Shown piece by piece: positions 59,208 to 64,000 of a stretch of DNA of 64,000 nt (position 1 is the first letter of the stretch; every line of letters starts with the position of its first letter). A program made the position numbers and the translations under genes. The notes beneath the pieces are model-generated. The model ran no database searches. It saw only the letters and a list, made by a program, of their open reading frames with translations, and was not told where the DNA came from. The DNA is from Babesia bigemina (Eukaryota): contig NC_027217.1 in the NCBI RefSeq assembly GCF_000981445.1, positions 1,116,001 to 1,180,000 on the forward strand, read 5' to 3'.

Positions 59208-59894
59208 ATGGATGATCGTTCGGCTAAAATGGAATACCCTTACACAGTGCCGAATAACAATGTCATCAATAGAATAACAGATGAGGAAGCTGCACGTATG
59301 GGCAGCCGGATGGCGGTAGGAACTAAAGGGAATGGTAGAATACACTTAAGGAAAGCAGCTGGAAGTGTATGGAACGACCCGACGCTAGATGATTGGCCAG
59401 AGAATGACTTTCGAATTTTTTGTGGTGATTTAGGCAATGACGTGACGGATGATGTACTGGCCAATGCATTTAAAAAGTATCCGACTTTCCAGAGGGCACG
59501 TGTTATCAGGGACCGGAACTCAGGCAAAAGCAAGGGATACGGTTTTGTTTCTATGATGAGTGCTGAAGACATGTTAGCGGCGTTGAACGAAATGAACAAC
59601 AAATTTGTAGGTAATCGTCCTATTCGTGTGATGCGTAGCAAATGGAGAGATAGAGATATAGACTCAACCAAGAATAGGCAGGCGGCAGCTGTGTATCAGA
59701 TGGCCGCTGAAAATTCAAAGACTTTGCGTAAGTTTAAGAAGCTAGGGAAAGCGGTAACCGGTGGCAAGAAGGCTAATTTGGTTTACGAACCCAAAACGTT
59801 CAAAAGGAACAAGATCTACCTCAGCACTGGTGTGGCTAACCGATTCGACAACAGGTCACGTGTGTCCCACGACCACTTGCTCGATAACATATGA
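59208..59894 (+). CDS. RBM42: RBM42-like single-RRM splicing factor (U4/U6.U5 tri-snRNP associated)
   Basis: LRKAAGSVWNDPTLDDWPENDFRIFCGDLGNDVTDDVLANAF..KSKGYGFVS..EMNNKFVGNRPIRVMRSKW is the RBM42 family signature. Confidence 0.92.
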   Translation: MDDRSAKMEYPYTVPNNNVINRITDEEAARMGSRMAVGTKGNGRIHLRKAAGSVWNDPTLDDWPENDFRIFCGDLGNDVTDDVLANAFKKYPTFQRARVIRDRNSGKSKGYGFVSMMSAEDMLAALNEMNNKFVGNRPIRVMRSKWRDRDIDSTKNRQAAAVYQMAAENSKTLRKFKKLGKAVTGGKKANLVYEPKTFKRNKIYLSTGVANRFDNRSRVSHDHLLDNI

Positions 59895-60179
59895 CGCCAA
59901 ACAAGCTAGATGGTCATAGTTAAAGCGTATGTCTGCCCGGTAAAACCTGTTCGAGATATATGGCAGGTTAATCACGAGTATAAAGAGCGTGAATCCGGGA
60001 ATAACATGAAACCAATTATAAGATGCACAGGCGTGACATAATACCGACATCTAACGCATCACCGATGTTTTGAACATACTTAAATAATCTTTCATGTTGT
60101 GTTCATGATGCGTGTTTAATCTGCCGATGGGTATTTTCAGCCATACTACACCCCGCCCATTCTTAAGCTGTACTCTGGT

Positions 60180-60927
60180 TCAGTGAAGATTTGCAACCAG
60201 CACCGGAGGCGTCTTGACATTGGCGTGTTGTCTGAATACATGAGGGTATTGTATCCCAGGGTGGTTCTCTATGAGGTAACTCTCTTTAAGCTTGAAGAGA
60301 TAGTCCTTTATTTCATTTACGTTAAAAGGGTGGTCATGCCCTTTATCGAAATATCTCGATTCATATGTCATCAAAGACATCACTGCCGCCGGACGTTTTC
60401 CTGGGTTGTATACCGCGCTTAAAATGCGGCATTTCGCTAACGCGTGATAAGGTGCACAATCATAATGATATCAATTGTACAATACATTTTTGGCCATACG
60501 ACACATAAGCACTAACGGCACGGCTGATAGCACTGAGAACATAATCAAACAAAATGTTTTAAACGGCCTCTATAATCGGCGAATAACACGGCAGCCTATG
60601 CAACACCTACGCGAATTCAACCAATAACGATCGAGTCTTTCTCTGGGAGGTGTATCTGCGCACTGTAACCAACTATCGTAGCAACCAACCATATATTCTA
60701 GAATGCCACATAAAGAAGGCAATCGACGCCATAGCAGTCCACGTACACCCGAAGATTAGGAAGTTTCGGCTAGAGAATTGCGCCTCGAAGAACTGCCGCC
60801 ACAATGGTGTTCTTGTGTAATTAGGCGGCTCTATAATCCATCTGGGTTTCACTAGTGTTGGGAATTCGACGTTTTTCGATAAAGGGGCTGGCGCCGTTGC
60901 CAACGACTTTCCCGAGAGGCGAAACAT
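60180..60927 (-). CDS. Conserved single-TM mitochondrial protein, probably an apicomplexan cytochrome c oxidase accessory subunit (ApiCox23/Cox4-like)
   Basis: Three exons join in frame: MFRLSGKSLA..PRWIIEPPNYTRTPLWRQFFE..(TM)..DTPPRERLDRYWLNSPKCRILSAVYNPGKRP..DHPFNVNEIKD..IQYPHVFRQ. The product name is from recall only. Confidence 0.6.
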
Positions 60928-61557
60928 TTTGATGTAGCACTGTTGATAGTAAAAGCGGCATCTGAAGAAGCCTATATTAGCTAGTGAGTTTACACACCTT
61001 AACACCAACTTATGTCCTAAAGAGTTAACGAATACGCAAGGGCCGCACAGCTGAACCCCTGCGCGCAGAGGATTCTACTTTCGTGTACGATTCGCGTCAA
61101 TGCAACACCACATCCTACACAATGTTATTGCAATAAATCAATTCCATGTGAATCAGTATTTTTGCTGAAACGCCGCTAATCTCAGAGGACGCGTCAGGCA
61201 GGTGCCAGCCGTAGTACAATTGGAAATCCAACCTACCACTTTTGCGATTGCGAAGAAGTGGAACCCACAACGCGATGAGCTATGTTGTAGCATATAACAC
61301 CCACGTGAAAGCCTGTAACAAAACGTCAAGGGATGCCAAGTGCAGTTATGTGACGATGTATCTGTCGATTCCCGAATATATACGACAACTTTACGGAAAC
61401 GGGGGAAAGTGACGTAGTCAGCGTAGCATGTGCACATCTATTTTAAAAATAAGTAACGTTTCGTTGACACTAGACGTTCACGTTTAATGACATTAGGCTG
61501 CAGCGCAGTATTAAGAATTTACCATGTACATATTGTTACTGGTGGTAATTAATACGA

Positions 61558-64000
61558 TCATGATCCCCTGAACAAATGATTCACCGCTGCCGGTGCTACC
61601 CTGAAAACAAAGACATTACCTCTTCGCCTATCTAACCGTGTTTGACGCTGGTCTGCTCGTATCTTCATCAGAATTACCTCTCTTATATCATCCATAATTT
61701 CACGCTTCATTTGATAGAGAGAGTGTTTCAGGAAGTCAACATTAGTATCTATCATTGTTGTGTCTATAACATCCATATCTAACCAAAGATGTCTGCTCTC
61801 TACTCCAAGGTCTTCACTTAGCCTAGCAAGGCGATAGGGTTGCATGTCGTCAGATATCTTTGAACTATTTCCTACAACGTAGTTCTGGGATGGTGAAATG
61901 ATAGAGTTGTTAATGGTTTCTCTCTTTAGAGCGCCTGATCCTTGGCCGGGTGTCATGTCAATTGAAAGTGACCCTTCACCAGGATTTCGCCTGGATAGAG
62001 CAACTTTACCCTTGTACATGGTGTAACTTGACACGAAGGGCAATTCTGTTACGTTCTGGTTGTTTTGCATTGGCAAGCAAAGCCCGGATGCCTCAAGTTC
62101 GGGGACTATCTCATCCAGCACCTCTGGAGTAGTACACATAGCAAAAACTGACATTCCCAAGGATATCTCCCCATTAAAAAGTTCTGCCATGGTTAAACAG
62201 TGGTCCCTTGTATCCACATACATCACAATATGATCGCAATAGCTCCGAACTAGGAAATAATCATGATCCCTAAACCTTTCCATGGGGTAATCTGGATTGA
62301 GAAGCATAAGAGTGTCCATACGAATAGGTACACTTTTACAATGAGATGTTGCTTTGTCAGTTGCATAACTGTTGCTTGGTGTTGCTTGATTATCAGTGCC
62401 CAGCACCTGAAGGATTAAGCCCTTTTGTATTGCAGCCCTAAAGACCTTAAAGAAAACGCGCGCTCCGCACGAGTGCACTATAATGTGAACATTTTTTATT
62501 CCCATTCCCAACAATTCGCTTAAGAGTTCACAAAATGATTCCTCCAATCCAGGATGTTGCGTTATTCTTTTTGCCTTGTGGTAGGCAATAGCGCCAAGAG
62601 GTCCCCAGTGCTGACCGTCCCAATTAAACACAAATGGTAAGACGTAAGGAGGTAGTTTTGAGAATGACACAAGGTGTGCCATCTGTGAGCATGCTTCATG
62701 CAGACTCACATTGTAACCGTGAATGTATACCACTGCCTGATCTGCAATACATCCTTTTTTGCCAAACGTTCGAATAGGGGCCCACCCTTTAACCATGATT
62801 TGTGGGGCGGTTGCATTAACCTGATCCTCCCAATCATCTTCGTCCAAAAACAAATGTGAAATGGCATCTTTGCCGTGAGCCGGATGTGATACGTTAAGCA
62901 ATCCTCGATTTGCTCTCATTTTGAGATATCCGCCGGGTGTGTGTTCGCGGTTAATCTGGTCATCCTCAGTTGCATCATCTGAACAATTTTTGTTGTTTGA
63001 TAATTCATTAGCCTCCAAATTACTGTACATACGATGAGTGCTATTGTTGCCGTACTGTTGGTTTAACCTACTCAACATACCCATACCTCTATTAGCCGTA
63101 AGCTTTATTGTTATTTCATCACAAGTTTTGACTTCAGAAGTATCACATGTTCTCTTATACCCATCTAAACGCAAAGAGTTCGACAATTTGTCTATATAGA
63201 CGGTAATGGTTGACGTGTTTGTAGGCATATTGAGGAAAAATTGCGACCTCAACATTCTGACGCACCACTTGAACGATGCACCTTGGATATCAGCGAATCG
63301 GCCATTTAAAACGTTAAAGAATTTGCAATGCTTATACAAGCCGCCTGGGTTGTGATTATTTTTATCATTGTACAATGGGTTGAAAAAATACGTTAACGGA
63401 AATTCACGAAAGAAGTTCCCAGAGATTGAACACTCCGTTGATGAAACGCCATACCTTACTTTACCATTTGGCCGTCTTGTATCCGTAATAAATGCAACCC
63501 TTGTATTAACAAAAATGGATCCAGATCCTATTTCTTGTGAGCTAAACGGGCCGATTGGATAACCATGCCACCAATATCCTTGCAACCTCTCTCCATAACC
63601 GTCATCCTCTAGCCATTCTCCATAACCGTGTGGCTGCTCGTTCTCATCTACTTCACCTCTGTATCTCATTTGGTGCGAAAAAGGTGTATCACCCTTGGTA
63701 ATGCCATCGGTTGCGAATATTTTCTTGAGCAGCCACCGTAACCAACGGTAAGACACCCTATAAATACAAGTACACAGCCCACAACCATTAGATCCGCACA
63801 TCACTGAGTAGTCATTGTACCTGGAAATAGTTATATTGAGGTTTCCCCCCCTTCGCATCCTTTCGAAAAGGTGAAAATGCTCCGTGCATGGGAAAAACAG
63901 CCCATTTAGGGCTAAAAGAGGGCCCAACCATATAACTATTCTGGTGCCTACAATTATTGCAATTTGAAGTATTGTATATACAAGAAGAGAGAGCCAAACA
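61558..64000 (-). CDS. Membrane-associated alpha/beta hydrolase (DUF900-like) with MORN-like segment; 5'-partial
   Basis: Frame stays open to the window edge (VWLSLLVYTILQIAIIVGTRIVIWLGP, hydrophobic). Motifs YRGEVDENEQPHGYGEW..GYWWHGYP, AVVYIHGYN, FVFNW, VHIIVHSCGAR, LLNPD, D..L..AE and KHS. Confidence 0.8.
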   Translation of the reverse strand, partial: VWLSLLVYTILQIAIIVGTRIVIWLGPLLALNGLFFPCTEHFHLFERMRRGGNLNITISRYNDYSVMCGSNGCGLCTCIYRVSYRWLRWLLKKIFATDGITKGDTPFSHQMRYRGEVDENEQPHGYGEWLEDDGYGERLQGYWWHGYPIGPFSSQEIGSGSIFVNTRVAFITDTRRPNGKVRYGVSSTECSISGNFFREFPLTYFFNPLYNDKNNHNPGGLYKHCKFFNVLNGRFADIQGASFKWCVRMLRSQFFLNMPTNTSTITVYIDKLSNSLRLDGYKRTCDTSEVKTCDEITIKLTANRGMGMLSRLNQQYGNNSTHRMYSNLEANELSNNKNCSDDATEDDQINREHTPGGYLKMRANRGLLNVSHPAHGKDAISHLFLDEDDWEDQVNATAPQIMVKGWAPIRTFGKKGCIADQAVVYIHGYNVSLHEACSQMAHLVSFSKLPPYVLPFVFNWDGQHWGPLGAIAYHKAKRITQHPGLEESFCELLSELLGMGIKNVHIIVHSCGARVFFKVFRAAIQKGLILQVLGTDNQATPSNSYATDKATSHCKSVPIRMDTLMLLNPDYPMERFRDHDYFLVRSYCDHIVMYVDTRDHCLTMAELFNGEISLGMSVFAMCTTPEVLDEIVPELEASGLCLPMQNNQNVTELPFVSSYTMYKGKVALSRRNPGEGSLSIDMTPGQGSGALKRETINNSIISPSQNYVVGNSSKISDDMQPYRLARLSEDLGVESRHLWLDMDVIDTTMIDTNVDFLKHSLYQMKREIMDDIREVILMKIRADQRQTRLDRRRGNVFVFRVAPAAVNHLFRGS

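Noticed and set aside
1..64000. CRISPR array, transposase/retroelement ORF, prophage or variant-antigen (ves/SmORF) genes
   Set aside because: No spaced repeat array, no RT/integrase/transposase motifs and no recognisable variant-antigen ORF; the DNA is intron-containing eukaryotic core genome.

Overview
Gene-dense eukaryotic DNA that looks like a piroplasm (Babesia-like apicomplexan). Evidence: short GT-AG introns, many of them 33-36 bp, compact intergenic spaces, and apicomplexan-type genes (falcilysin, an ApiCox-like subunit, HPR/RAP-like helical-repeat proteins). I can support about 27 protein-coding genes, most of them spliced and two cut by the window edges, plus one tRNA-Gln(UUG), an (AT)n microsatellite and a 76-bp direct repeat whose copies lie 9,972 bp apart. 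Most genes are housekeeping (RPS11, mL43, CCT5, UBC2/RAD6, SEC22, POLE2, PP1 inhibitor-2, PIAS/SIZ, RBM42, a K+ channel, a DEAH helicase). I see no CRISPR array, transposase or operon-like novel system. The best leads are: a DDX42-like DEAD-box protein that has lost its catalytic motifs; a ~1,980-aa protein that may combine an F-BAR-like N-terminus with a MUN/Munc13-like C-terminus; a possible Integrator subunit 4 homolog; an FRG1-like protein with an unusual core; an XRCC2-like RAD51 paralog; a PDE12-like deadenylase with an apicoplast-type leader; and two structured non-coding elements. All family assignments come from motif recognition by eye, not from database searches, and exon boundaries were inferred manually.
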